From positions 36,394,001 through 36,458,000 of the forward strand of contig OZ076420.1 of the NCBI GenBank assembly GCA_964187785.1: 64,000 nucleotides of DNA, given 5' to 3'. Below, in pieces: positions 1 through 10,697 of this stretch. A program made the position numbers and the translations under genes. The number at the start of each line of letters is the position of its first letter. Position 1 is the stretch's first letter. Origin of the DNA: Amphiscolops sp. MND2022. Its lineage: Eukaryota. The notes beneath the pieces were generated by a model. The model worked only from the letters and a program-made list of their open reading frames with translations. It had not been told where the DNA came from and did not search any database.

Positions 1-1503
1 GGGAGTAATTTTTGCTAATTTCATCCAATCTGGGTATATCGAAAATTCAATCATCTCATTGAAAATTTCTGCAAGAATTGGTTCTATGACTGGTGAGCAA
101 CACTTGAGAATTTCATTTGAGATTCCATCATGACCACTACTTTTTTTGTTTTTTAGGTGCTTCAGAATTCTCGCAATTTCTTGTAAGTTTGTTGGAGTTG
201 TAACCATTGTGTCTTTCACTCTGGTAATCTTAATTTTGTTATCAATAGGTTTAATTTCCGCAGCGAGAACAGATCCAATCTGGGCGAAATATTCATTGAG
301 TGCATCCGCATCCGGTGCAAATTTACTCATCTCACTCTGTCGTTTTTTAGATTTGAGCGTTGCATATATTTTCTTGGGACTAGGATTTTGACCAAGTGCG
401 TCGAAATTAACTTGCTTTTTTTCTGTCCTTATAATGTGAGTAACTTTGTTGCGTATAGTTTTGTACGCTATATGGTTTTCTTCTGTCGGACTAAGTATCC
501 ATTTTTGGAACAGTGCGTCTCGTTTTGTGATTAGATTTTTTATTTCGTTTGTTATCCATGATTGTTTTGGCGTTAATTTATTCATTTTTCTCTCGGGTGC
601 ATATTTATCAACACATCTCATGATTGTTTTAGCAAGATATTCAACTTTATCATCAATTGGAGCAGCTTTGTTCATTTTACCTAACTCATGATTCAAGAAG
701 AAAAGAAATTTTATTGCATTTTCATTCTTTAGGTTTCTCAAATTTCGGGAAGTGTAACTATTTGTATTACTATAAGACTCTGTTTTGATACCGAGATCAG
801 CCATAACTGTGAAATGATCACTTATGGTAGTTTTGATGGTGTCGGTCTGAATATTTTTTTGGGTAATTATATGATCAATGCAGCTTTTGGAGTTGATTGT
901 TATCCTTGTAGGTAAATTATTTTGAATTTCAAAACCAAATGCCTTCAGTAGATTTATGTACTTTCTACTCTCAGTGTCGTCTATGAGTGTATCGATATTG
1001 AAATCACCGAAAATAACAGTTTCTGACCTGAGTGAGCTGAGAAAATGTAGTAGTTTCTCGAAATGATCCAAAAACTTGTTCACTCGAAATGTATCCGGTC
1101 GGTAGATGACACAAACATTTTTGGTGTTGTTATCGTCTAGCCTAATTTCTATGATAGAACATTCAATTTCTGTGTTGAAGCCGATGGGCTTGAAATAATA
1201 GCCATCTTGGACGTAAAATGCAACACCGCCTGATCTTCTCTTGCAGTTCAGCCTGGGGGTAGATTCAATTGGTTGATATCCTAAGATGTCGTATCCATCA
1301 AGGGGGTCATTTTCAGCTATCCATCTTTCTGTTAGTGCCAGAACAACCGGTTTATGCTCAAAAGTATTTAGTAATATGTTTAACTCGTCATGATGGAATC
1401 CCAAGGACCTAATGTTTAAGCCTAGTAGCGTTAATAACCTAGAATGTGCTAATGATTGATCAACATCAAAGTTTTTATTCAAATTTGGAGTTTCCACTTT
1501 CAT
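1..1503 (-). CDS. LINE ORF2 (APE endonuclease + start of reverse transcriptase), open to the window edge; missed by the ORF track
   Basis: Manually translated 1503->1 with no stop in 501 codons: LGLNIRSL, LALTERW, SGGVAFY, VIYRP, FGDFNID, PTRIT, CIDHI, ISDHF (APE); SWIT, LNEYFAQIG, KSSGHDGI, YPDWMKLAKITP (pre-RT/RT domain 0-1). The ATG at 1503-1501 overlaps the ORF1 stop. Confidence 0.93.
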   Translation of the reverse strand, partial: MKVETPNLNKNFDVDQSLAHSRLLTLLGLNIRSLGFHHDELNILLNTFEHKPVVLALTERWIAENDPLDGYDILGYQPIESTPRLNCKRRSGGVAFYVQDGYYFKPIGFNTEIECSIIEIRLDDNNTKNVCVIYRPDTFRVNKFLDHFEKLLHFLSSLRSETVIFGDFNIDTLIDDTESRKYINLLKAFGFEIQNNLPTRITINSKSCIDHIITQKNIQTDTIKTTISDHFTVMADLGIKTESYSNTNSYTSRNLRNLKNENAIKFLFFLNHELGKMNKAAPIDDKVEYLAKTIMRCVDKYAPERKMNKLTPKQSWITNEIKNLITKRDALFQKWILSPTEENHIAYKTIRNKVTHIIRTEKKQVNFDALGQNPSPKKIYATLKSKKRQSEMSKFAPDADALNEYFAQIGSVLAAEIKPIDNKIKITRVKDTMVTTPTNLQEIARILKHLKNKKSSGHDGISNEILKCCSPVIEPILAEIFNEMIEFSIYPDWMKLAKITP

Positions 1504-2297
1504 TCGCATGCATTAGCGCCGCCCAGTGCCTCCAGTGTTGGCGAATTGTTATTGTTGAGCTTCTTCATAATAGGCGTAGCCTCATGTGTACTCATATTGT
1601 TAGTCTCTGCGTTCTCAACGTCCTCTAAATTGCGTTTATTGTCTTTTCGCTGCATACTGACTTTGTCATTCGTTCTGGGGGACCGTTTAATGGCTTTGTC
1701 CTTTAACTGCTTCACTGCGAGAGTTGAACCCACTTTTTGACTATAAACCATTCCTTCAGGGTCCTTCAGAAAAACTTTGACCTCGCAATTGTGTGTTGTA
1801 GTTACTAAATTTTCTTCTTCACATGCTTTTTTGACTTCAAGTGCAGCTGCAGGAAGTCGTTCAGTAATGAAAAGATTTTTACCTTTGAACTGAAAACCAG
1901 CGAGCATTTTCCTCCTGGCATAGATTTCGTTTTTGTCCCGGAAGTAGATGAATTTTATTATTATTGGAACGCTCAAACCTGTGTTTTGGGGCCTTCTGAG
2001 AGGATGACAGGCTTTCAGATCACCTGGAGACAGCTCATAATTGAAGTGATGTTTGATGGCCCTGCACATGTCGATAACCAAATCATCTGAAGCAGCATCT
2101 ATCGGGAAGTTGTAGAATATGATACAGTCTTTGCTTGTATATTTCTCTTGCGCCGATACCCTTTCTTTGAGATCCGTAAGTTCATTTGTCAAAGTAACAA
2201 TCTGGGATTCTTGGCGAGTAACTTTTGCTTCAAGCTGCTCAATTTTTCCTGATAATTTGAGTACAAGTTGTTTCATTTCGGAATACGATAACTCCAT
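1500..2297 (-). CDS. LINE ORF1 protein (coiled coil + RRM-like + CTD)
   Basis: 265 aa. N-terminal heptad coiled coil (KIEQLEAKVTRQESQIVTLTNELTDLKERV), then EKYTSKDCIIFYNFP (EQYSR-type RRM start), ACHPL, PIIIKF, LFITERL, typical of LINE ORF1p. Lies directly upstream of ORF2. Confidence 0.85.
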   Translation of the reverse strand: MELSYSEMKQLVLKLSGKIEQLEAKVTRQESQIVTLTNELTDLKERVSAQEKYTSKDCIIFYNFPIDAASDDLVIDMCRAIKHHFNYELSPGDLKACHPLRRPQNTGLSVPIIIKFIYFRDKNEIYARRKMLAGFQFKGKNLFITERLPAAALEVKKACEEENLVTTTHNCEVKVFLKDPEGMVYSQKVGSTLAVKQLKDKAIKRSPRTNDKVSMQRKDNKRNLEDVENAETNNMSTHEATPIMKKLNNNNSPTLEALGGANACE

Positions 2298-4059
2298 TTC
2301 AAAGATTGAGATGTCAATTTCAAGATAAATTCAAAGGATGAAGCTCTGCAATGTATTAAATTGAATGCTATTACGTAATACTGTCAACAATAAAGCGAGC
2401 GCCTGCAAACGAACGCGACTGAACTCTAGCTGCACATGTTGAGGGATAACAAGAACTTACTTTAACTGAGCTTCTTCACGAAAAAAAAACGAAAACATGT
2501 ATACTCTGTGAAACCTGTTTGAGCAAAGTTACTTAGAAACGCATGAAATTTTGCCTGATAAACTTGGGTAAAAAAGTATCATGAGAAAATTTTGAGATTC
2601 ATGAGAAGGAAATAAGAAAAAAGCAAATTTGCCTGAGAAACTCAATTAAGACAGCATGAGCAATATCAGATGTTTTGAGGCGAAAAAGCACGAATTCTTG
2701 GGTTTTTTGTTTCTGTGCATTAAGAAACTCAGCGAATTACCGGGCTGCAATCTTGTCTGCAGTTATACTACTAGCTGAGGTAAGTTTGTCTTGTTATCAA
2801 GTTATAAAAACTTGTTGAACAGGGGCGAACGTTCTGGAATGGCGTTAGCTGAAGAAAAAATGTTTTTTTTTTGTCTATTTTCTACCAACAACTACTGGAG
2901 TGTTGGTGGAACTCTGGAAAGTACTTTCCACTTGGCTTAGCAGTTAACGTGAGTTTTTTCCACAAGGTGAGTGAGTTCTTATGCATGTAGATGAGTTCGA
3001 CCCCTCGCAATAAACCCAACCTTTTTACGCTTGCGAAGGTGGAGAAGAGTCAAAAGTATCCTCTTTTTGTGTTTCTTCTGCAATGTGTGCCTTGTTTTTC
3101 GAAACAATCAAACTATGCTTAAAGATCCCTCTTGAAATCTTGTAGTTTAAAAGCAAAGACGAAAAAAAGATTTTGCGAGCTTAGGAAGCTCCTCCGGATT
3201 TTCCTGTACTGGGAGACTATTTTCACAAAAAGACCTTTTTGAAAAGCTAAATCTTATCCCGCATTTCGGGTTTAATAATGTTCTCTATTGAGAAAATCGT
3301 TATTCGAGCCTCAGAAGATATCTTTTTAGTTTTTCCAAGTTGTCTACTTGATAAAATTTCACCATCATTGTGAAAAAACGCTCTTTTAATGTTTTGAGTG
3401 GGGGCTCACTTGAGCCCTTTTCGGGTTGTTTTTAACTTGGAAAATTTGCGCTCCTCAAGCCTTAAAAGTCTAATGTTTTTCTAATGTGGCAAGTTACGGA
3501 CAAATCCCTTTTTTAGTCGGCGCTTTTCTTGATAAGAGCTGCCTGTAGTCATGGCTTTTCGTCAGTGTCTTCTTCGATACACCTGAAAAGACCAAAATAG
3601 TTTTATAAGTTCTACAAAATTTTATGATGTCAAATTGAACCATTTGGTTTAGCGAACAGAGTCAAAAAAGTTTTTTCGCGTAACATACAATACCGGGCGA
3701 GACTAAAGGGTCCCACCTTTGAGTTTTTTTCGGCATTGTGGAACATTTTTTCCGGAAAAAAATCCCCAAAGAGTCCCCCTTCAATTTTTTTTAAGTTTTG
3801 CGACAGAATGGATCTTGAAAAATCACAAAGGGACCCCCTTTCAGTTTTTGTGGCATTGTGAGACTTCATAACAGGGTCCCCAATTCACCAATACTTTGAC
3901 ATTTTGAAGTCCTTTTGCTATTTTTAAGCCTTAGGTATGGCGTCGACTTAGGCCGTTCCCGGCTTGTTCATTTTTGAGTCAGCCTGAGATCTGAAGAAGT
4001 GCATCAAGGGACGTCAAAGGCTCCACTTGATTATTTTATATTTTTAAACAATTCAAAGA

Positions 4060-4427
4060 AGCTGAAAGAGACCAAATGAGATTCAGTCATTAAACCTTCA
4101 GGGCAGTTACAGAACGTGGCTGGCGATGTTTCACAACACTGTTCCATGCAAAATAGAATGTAAATTCTGTGAGAGTTATTGTTTGTTGGGTTTTTGAAAA
4201 ATCAATAGAATTTTTTGATTTTGTGAAACCAAAAGACGTAAAAAGTTATCCACATTTTGCCTGGATGGCTTCGTACGTCATTGACCATCATGGCCCATGT
4301 CTCTGAGGTCATTTTGTTGGTTTTTGAATTTCTCTTGTCTAATAGGATGACTCAAGTAGATAGTCAGTGTTGTTCTGTAACTGCCCTGAAGGTTTAATGG
4401 CTGAATTTTATTTGGTCTCTTTCAGCT
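4060..4427. mobile_element. MITE-like element with ~56-bp terminal inverted repeats
   Basis: 4060-4115 (agctgaaagagaccaaatgagattcagtcattaaaccttcagggcagttacagaac) is the reverse complement of 4372-4427 with ~3 mismatches. Non-coding interior; no clear TSD. Confidence 0.6.
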
Positions 4428-4825
4428 AACGAGGTAAAAAATCATTGAGGTACAGACAAGTGTTATTTGAAAACAACCAAAGAAGCTCAAAATCCAGAGA
4501 GTGGCACAATTGTGTTATTTTTTGGAATTTGAGCTTCTCAAGATTGTTTTCAAAAAATTTCCCGTACCTCGTTGATTTTTGGTTTGCACAGCTTGAATTC
4601 ATCTGAACTCGAAATGTAAGATTGATTGACTCTCAAAGCAGATTAAAGTTCTCGAAACTTCTTTGTCCCATTGATGAAGGTTTTGATCATTAAAGTCTTT
4701 TGAAAACAATTCTCTCTAACAAATTGTTTCAATTTGAAGAGGTTTTGATTCGTGGAGTGTGTCTGATTAGACAAAACGGCACTTTTCATTTACCACGAAA
4801 ACTTGTACCCTTTGATATCTGCAAT

Positions 4826-5148
4826 TAAAAGAGTGAAAGAATTCGGTTTCTACATCTCGTTTTTAAAGAGAAAGCAATCGAATATTTTATTGTTCTCGTA
4901 CTAAGTAAACCACTGCTGTCGTATGGAATCAGAAAACAATGATACAATATGAAGAGACTGCGAAAATAACAAAAGTTGTTTACTAACAAAGACGAACAAT
5001 TTAAGGTTTCGAGATAGCAAATTATTGAAACTAGTATTTTAGTCGGAAACGGTATTTTAGTACTTTTACCGAAGGATCCGCTGATTCCGAGAAGCTATAG
5101 CGTTTTATTAATTGTTTGTTTTAATTCAACCATATTTGCTTTGCAACA
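4826..5148 (-). repeat. BEL/Pao 3' LTR
   Basis: Begins TGTT (minus strand) immediately after the PPT-like GGGCCCGGAGGA. About 85% similar by eye to 31541-31782. Confidence 0.75.
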
Positions 5149-5166
5149 TCCTCCGGGCCCAAGAAG
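5149..5166 (-). other. BEL/Pao polypurine tract
   Basis: Minus strand CTTCTTGGGCCCGGAGGA directly abuts the LTR start TGTT. Confidence 0.65.
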
Positions 5167-5242
5167 ATGTGAATGCAAAACATTAGAACTGAAGCAGTAC
5201 TTTTTTTTGGAAAACGGTTTACATGGTTTTTCGATTTACATT

Positions 5243-5813
5243 TGTGATAATCCTCCTCCTCGGGGTCCTCATTTGAAACGATTGTTTCATTTATATTTTG
5301 TATGTTTTGGTGAATTGGTCTAGCAGAATTCCTTAGTTCATGCATTTGCGAGGCCCTTAGGGGATGATCATCTTCATCTTCTGTATCAGAATTCTCTATA
5401 TTTGATGCGTGAACTCCATTAGACCTAACACGTTTGGATCCCGAAGGTTGTGAGTTTTGCATTCCGTCAATTTCAGATCTAGGATTTCTTATTGTTGACG
5501 TTGTTTTGTTCGTTCTTATTTCTTTCAAAATTGCGTCAAACTTGTTTTCCATCTCTTCTCTCATTTTCATTATCCTGTCATTGTTCTTTTGCTCAAAGTT
5601 TTCTGTCCAAATTTGGATTTCGTTACTGATCTGATTAGGTTCTATCAGACTAGATCTGTTTTCGTTTTCACCTAAAGGTTCCTGAATAACAGTACTAACA
5701 GTAGTTAAAGTTTCATTACCTTGCATTGGTGTTTCTATTTGTGCCTCACTCAATTCTCGGTCAGGTGATGGTGTTTCATGTCTTCTAGATCTCCTGTTTC
5801 TCTTATTTCCCAT
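5243..5813 (-). CDS. LTR-encoded 190-codon ORF (Gag N-terminal extension); in this 3' LTR it reads out into flanking BEL DNA
   Basis: ATG at 5813, MGNKRNRRSRRHETPSP...EEEDYH up to the LTR end. The same ORF in the 5' LTR continues across the PBS into gag. Confidence 0.6.
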
Positions 5814-6099
5814 TGTTCTCGAGTGAAAAATGTGTTGGGTTTGCTGGGGAAGAATTTGAACTTATTCAAAAGGATTTGAGGAAACAAGTTGAGAAGATAG
5901 AACAGAGATTGAATGCAAGAACTGTTTTACAAAATTGGGTGTGTGTTATCAAGCAACTGCTTCTGACGGTGTTTTTTCAAGGAATGATTGAGCTTTAAGC
6001 TTTCGAACCTCGATAAAAATGAAAAGGATTACACCCATAATTATGGGTGTCATGGTCCCCAAAATATATAAAAAAGAATTACGTCATATGCTGTAATCC

Positions 6100-6107
6100 T
6101 ATTTATA
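6100..6107 (-). promoter_or_regulatory. Putative LTR TATA box (TATAAATA)
   Basis: Conserved in both LTRs (25615-25622). Lies ~290 bp upstream of the LTR ORF ATG and just downstream of the 32-bp array. Confidence 0.5.
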
Positions 6108-6174
6108 GTTCCAAATATACATTACATGACAAGCAAGACAAGTATCCTACAGTTACAGCAAAAACCCTGGAAAA

Positions 6175-6510
6175 CTGTATAGCGACGCATATGCGGACTC
6201 ATTTTTCCGCATTATAACGTGCAATCACTATGCAATAATAGTATAACGTCGTGTGATAGGAAACACGGAAAACCGCATATTGACGCATAAGCGTCGGCGA
6301 TTATCCGCACAATGACGTGTAACTATCATTATATCATCGTATAAAACAAAGTTCAGAATTCCGCATGATACAGCATAAGCGGTGGTGAGAATCTGCATAA
6401 TGCAGCATATGCGTCAAGAAAATTCCACATGTTAGCGAATAATGAATATTCAGAAACAGCACAATGGAGCATGATCATTTCAATATTTTCGCACGGTGAC
6501 GCATATTTAA
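6175..6510. repeat. Degenerate 32-bp tandem array in LTR U3 (second copy ~25690-26020)
   Basis: Successive 32-nt units, e.g. ccgcatattgacgcataagcgtcggcgattat, ccgcatgatacagcataagcggtggtgagaat, ctgcataatgcagcatatgcgtcaagaaaatt. Confidence 0.75.
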
Positions 6511-6814
6511 TGATCAAAAAGGTTACATATTAACCCGAAACCAATTTTCATTGATAAAAACAATTCAAATTTACCAAAATGAGTCATCAGACTGGATTAC
6601 GATTAAGGCAAAGAATCAAGAAAGCACTTATGATAAATGTACCTTTTACACATCAATAAAAGAAAATACAAAATCAAATCTTTACATGACGTAAATTCAC
6701 AGCTAGAACAAATAATGAGACATAAAAAAGGAGGGACATAAAAAAGAGAAACAGTTTGTAAAGTTTAATCAAAACAAGTTATGTCTCTTTGGGCTGCATC
6801 AGTTGTTCTCTTTC

Positions 6815-7842
6815 TCATTCTTGCACAACAGGTCCAGAGCACCCATGAGGCTGCGACAGTCCCGCACCTTTAAAAGAGAACAGTGCAGCCTCGAACCCAT
6901 CTATGAAGGCGCGGGACCTCAAACCCCTGTCCCTGACTGTCTCCCCATCGTAGGTGGTAGCGACGAGGTACTCCCCCAGAGTCTCCAATGCAATCAAGTC
7001 GTAGCATTTTCCACACAAATCGCAGAAGCCAGCGACGTTAGGCATGACAGTGGGTAGGAGTCTGTACATTTGTCTCTCTTGAAGAGGCAAAAGCAGTAGG
7101 TTCGTGCTGTGCCCTACATGGAATGGGAAGTGATGGGCCGGCACAGGGTTGGGTCCCCCATTCAACCGAGGGATATGAAGGCTACCTTCATGGGGCGGTA
7201 TTTGTATCATTAGCGGAGCATTGTTGTACATTGGCAAGTTGTTAGGAATGGAGGCGAAGTCACTATTCAGATTTACCCCGTTCGTATTGATGCCATTCAA
7301 AGTTCTGTGTGTTTGTTGAAGTCCGTGATTTGATGGTTGTTGAGCCTGGAAATCGCGATTGTTGGTTGTAAAATTAGTTGGATCCATTGGTATAGGTCTA
7401 TTAATTGCTGGTGGTGCTTGATTTGTATTCCTGGGTGTAGGAAGAATTGCAGCTGTTGGCCTTCCGTAACTATCTATTGAGATTCCCATTGGCTCGTTTA
7501 TATCCCAAGGGTACATTGGTGAGTCTTCTAGTTCAGTATCTTTGAAAGAAGTTGGCGATGATTCCCTACTAAAATGGTGTTCTTCAATAATATCCATCAT
7601 TTGACGCTCAATCTGAGTGCCAGCAGTGTCGATTATTTCAGTTACTACAGGATCTTCAGGTTCCGAAGCGAACAGAGTTGCAGAAGTCGGGCCCACAAAC
7701 GCTGAAATCTTCCTTCTATAACTGGCAGACGACTTGGTTGTACTACAAATTCTTCTCCAGAATCGCTCGACACATCGATTATACTGGGCGACTGGATTGA
7801 CAACAGAGGGCTGTCTTCAAGATTGAATTGCAGATTGTCCAT
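6815..7842 (-). pseudogene. Frameshifted copy of Gypsy-1 sense accessory ORF3
   Basis: Matches 10698-11756 but carries a ~31-bp deletion near 7700 that splits it into 7645-7842 and 6815-7696. Confidence 0.8.
6859..6875 (-). other. Gypsy-1 polypurine tract (duplicated internally at 10742-10758)
   Basis: TTTTAAAGGTGCGGGAC immediately 5' of the 3' LTR TG. Confidence 0.6.
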
Positions 7843-7943
7843 ATTTTTATTTTATTGATACAATTGACTCTTGGCAGAGTTTAAAAGTAGGGTTAGTTCA
7901 GGTGAAGCTACTGTTTCAGACGAGTTGAAAGACCATGTGGTGA

Positions 7944-8177
7944 TTATTTTTCTCTTTTCTTTCGTTTATAACAAAACCCCACGGGAAAGTTGAGTGTCAT
8001 GTTTTCGGGGTTCCCGATTTCCCTATAAGGTCTCTTTCTGTGATAAACATCACCCAACCCGCAAAAAAGATCGAGTTTTCCTTCAATTTGACGTAAACAA
8101 TCTTCTATTTTTGGTGTTTCATCATCTATCAGGGAGAATTTCACTTTCACCCTACCTTCTTGTCGGTGTTGAATCAT
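7944..8177 (-). CDS. Small sense ORF upstream of ORF3 (77 aa; duplicate 11864-12091, 75 aa), unknown function
   Basis: ATG-initiated, open in both duplicate copies, basic C-terminus (CYKRKK). No recognisable domain. Confidence 0.35.
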   Translation of the reverse strand: MIQHRQEGRVKVKFSLIDDETPKIEDCLRQIEGKLDLFCGLGDVYHRKRPYREIGNPENMTLNFPVGFCYKRKKREK

Positions 8178-8674
8178 TTTAATGAGATATAAACAAAACC
8201 ATAACTAAACTAACTTCAAAGGGTTTCATGACTAATAACTACCATTGATAAAGGAATGAAGTGAAAATTGATATACATATCCAATTCTACATGACTGGGA
8301 TTCTTATTTATGAATGAAATTTTCTAGACTAAAAAGTTTGAATTTATTGAAATGTCACATTTATCCACAGTTCATCAAAGTTTTGTTTCAAGTCCCGCAC
8401 TTGAAAAGTGCGTTATATCTCGAAAAGTAAAAAGAGCATCAGGTCTCGTTTATTTTCATTTGTTTCGTCTGTATTTGCTCACCAATGCATAATCATGTAT
8501 TCTGTTGATAGACCACCATTTCCGCGTATTCAATAACTAGTGTTAACTACTGAACATCACAGCATTGTAAGGAGTTGAAATTAGGTCGTGTATGTCCTTT
8601 AAACATGTAGACATAGCACTCAGCATGAGATTGTCTATCTGTATTACGCTGTGTATGCAGTTGTAATTTTCCAC

Positions 8675-8879
8675 ATACTGCCGTATGTGTAGTGGTGACT
8701 TTTTGTATGCTGCCGCATATGCGGCTGTGAATTTCCGCAAACTGCCGCATATCTAGTGGTGACTTTCTGTGTACTGCCGCATATACGGTTGTGAATTTCC
8801 GCATACTGCTGCATTGGTAGTGGTGACTTTCTGTATACCGCCGCATATGCGGTTGTGTTTTTCCGCATCCTGCCGCATG
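8675..8879. repeat. Alternating A/B 32-bp tandem array (copy 1)
   Basis: Duplicate of 12589-12793. Confidence 0.85.
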
Positions 8880-9255
8880 AGGGCTATTTGTAAGATTTGC
8901 ATCGATAAACGATTGATAATTACGTAATCGTCCATTTTGGCAGTAATGGACGGCAATTAATTGACCAATCAGATTAGAGTATTTTGCGCATTTTGTACGC
9001 AAATTTTGTGCTCATTTACTTTTTGCCTTCTATTGATACGCCACGCTTTTTACATCTGTTGAAAATCGCTTAAAAGTTTCTACTTTGTTTTGAGTCTTTA
9101 TATCAGTCTGTTTAGATTTCCAGATAGTAGTCAGATTAGTCAAATTCTCAATTCCAATTCCATTGCCTCCATTATTCCCCTTATCAATTGTCAGTCGTAT
9201 CGTACAATTGTGTCATTCCTTTATTCAACTTTGGATAGCCGCTCTCCATTTTGAG

Positions 9256-10684
9256 ATGGGACCACCGAGTTGCAGGAAGGCCAGAGACCAGCAGACTCGA
9301 CGAAAGGAATATGCCAATTGGGGGTATAAATCTCCCACAGCAACTTCTCCTGGTGAGTTCATTTAATCTTTCCAGTTTGCAAAATTTGAGATTTGTAAAA
9401 GTTTTGATCAAGGCGAATTTGATTTGCTTAGCTGGCCAGGCTAGACAAACGAAACTGATCTGTTTTTAACTGAGCTCAGATTTCAAATTTCTTTTGGAGC
9501 AATTCTGCTTCCGGTTTGATTGTGAGATATTTCCGTTTGTTTTATCAACTTCCGTTAACCGCGTCCGGCTTTCGTTGTTGTTTGAAACAGAAAAGGCTCA
9601 CTTGGTTCTTCCCTCATCCGTATTTGAATTCAGGCAAATTTGTTTCATTTGAACTCGGATCCACGCAGAAGTCACCGGCTAGAACCCCTACCAAGACTTA
9701 TATTCCTCTTGAAACTCCTGCTGTTACTGCTGAAGAATCCCCTAGGTCTGCTGTTACTGCTTCCAATAATCCTCCTGAGACAAACCAAGTTACCGCCAAA
9801 ACCCCACGTGAAGTCGTCCAATCAAACGAGTTGGATGGATCCATGAATGCTGACGGAATAACTCAGGAGGTTCTGAACATTCACGAGACATCTCTGTCTC
9901 CAGGGGTACTTGCTATTCATGAAACGACTTTTGAAGAGAGAAGGGACACTACTGGAAATTTGGAGGGTGACGACAACCCTTTACTCCCTGACTTGTCGAC
10001 GATGGCGGTGAATGATACGTTCATCCAAGACATTTCTGCAATCGCTAACGCACTTAACTCTTGTGCGACTATATCTTCACCCTTCTCCTCCTTCCTACGT
10101 CGTGATAGCAATGTCGAAGAGAACGTAGAGAACCCGCAAGTTGCTGAGGCTAACTCTTCAACTGAAGCCCGAATGTTAGAGACCCCTATTGGTAGTCCGA
10201 TAATTTCCCCGGGGGCCCCGATTACGATGGAAGAGGAAGTGTCCCAGATGGTCATTACCTGGAGGGAGGTACTCGCGATAACAAACGTTCTGGGGAGAAT
10301 CCCTCAATCTTTGCTAAATGATCCTGACCCGGCAACAACCAGTAGCTTCACTTTCAATTTGATTGAAGACCCACCTGAGTCTCCTACTAAAATAATTGTC
10401 AGAAGAGAAACAGAAGGAGCTGATAACCAAAACTTGGGCGAACCACTGACGTATTCTAGTTGCGAAGATGTTCCTGCACCAGGAGGGAAACGACGTCGAC
10501 CCAAGTATTCATTAAGGACCCATATGATGAGGAAACACCCTGTACTCAAATTTTTCGCAACAGGACCCATTGATCGACAAAAAACACCATATAAATGGTG
10601 GTGTCGCGTATGTAGAGTGGAACTGTCACTCATGAGCAGAGGCGTCTTAGAATTACTCTCTTACTTTAGAACCGATTCCCATTT
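9256..10684 (+). pseudogene. Truncated copy of the antisense BED-finger gene (exon 1 9256-9352, exon 2 from 9634), cut at the duplication junction
   Basis: Same exon 1/intron 1 as 13170-13547. The sequence switches after ...RTDSH to LTR/ORF3 antisense sequence. Confidence 0.75.
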
Positions 10685-10697
10685 CTCTCTCTCTTTC

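Larger units (their letters stand above)
1..2425 (-). mobile_element. CR1/L2-type non-LTR retrotransposon (5' part; 3' end lies outside the window)
   Basis: ORF1 (1500-2297) is followed directly by an uninterrupted ORF2 with APE endonuclease and early RT motifs. The 5' boundary (~2425) is estimated from where sequence character changes. Confidence 0.88.
5243..6858 (-). repeat. Gypsy-1 3' LTR (1616 bp)
   Basis: Colinear with 24759-26363 (roughly 95% identical by eye). Element-strand ends TGTCGCAG...TTATCACA. Confidence 0.92.

Noticed and set aside
2720-2975. Possible host exons ending in GTAAGT/GTGAGT donors
   Set aside because: Short, no convincing acceptor or frame, no recognisable protein.
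3380-3880. Loose GGGTCCC/GGCATTGTG repeat, similar in style to ~39350-39730
   Set aside because: Too degenerate to define a unit or boundaries by eye.
8543-9002. Overlapping 65-151-aa ORFs (also 12457-12916)
   Set aside because: Repetitive translations of the 32-bp array; no coding signal.
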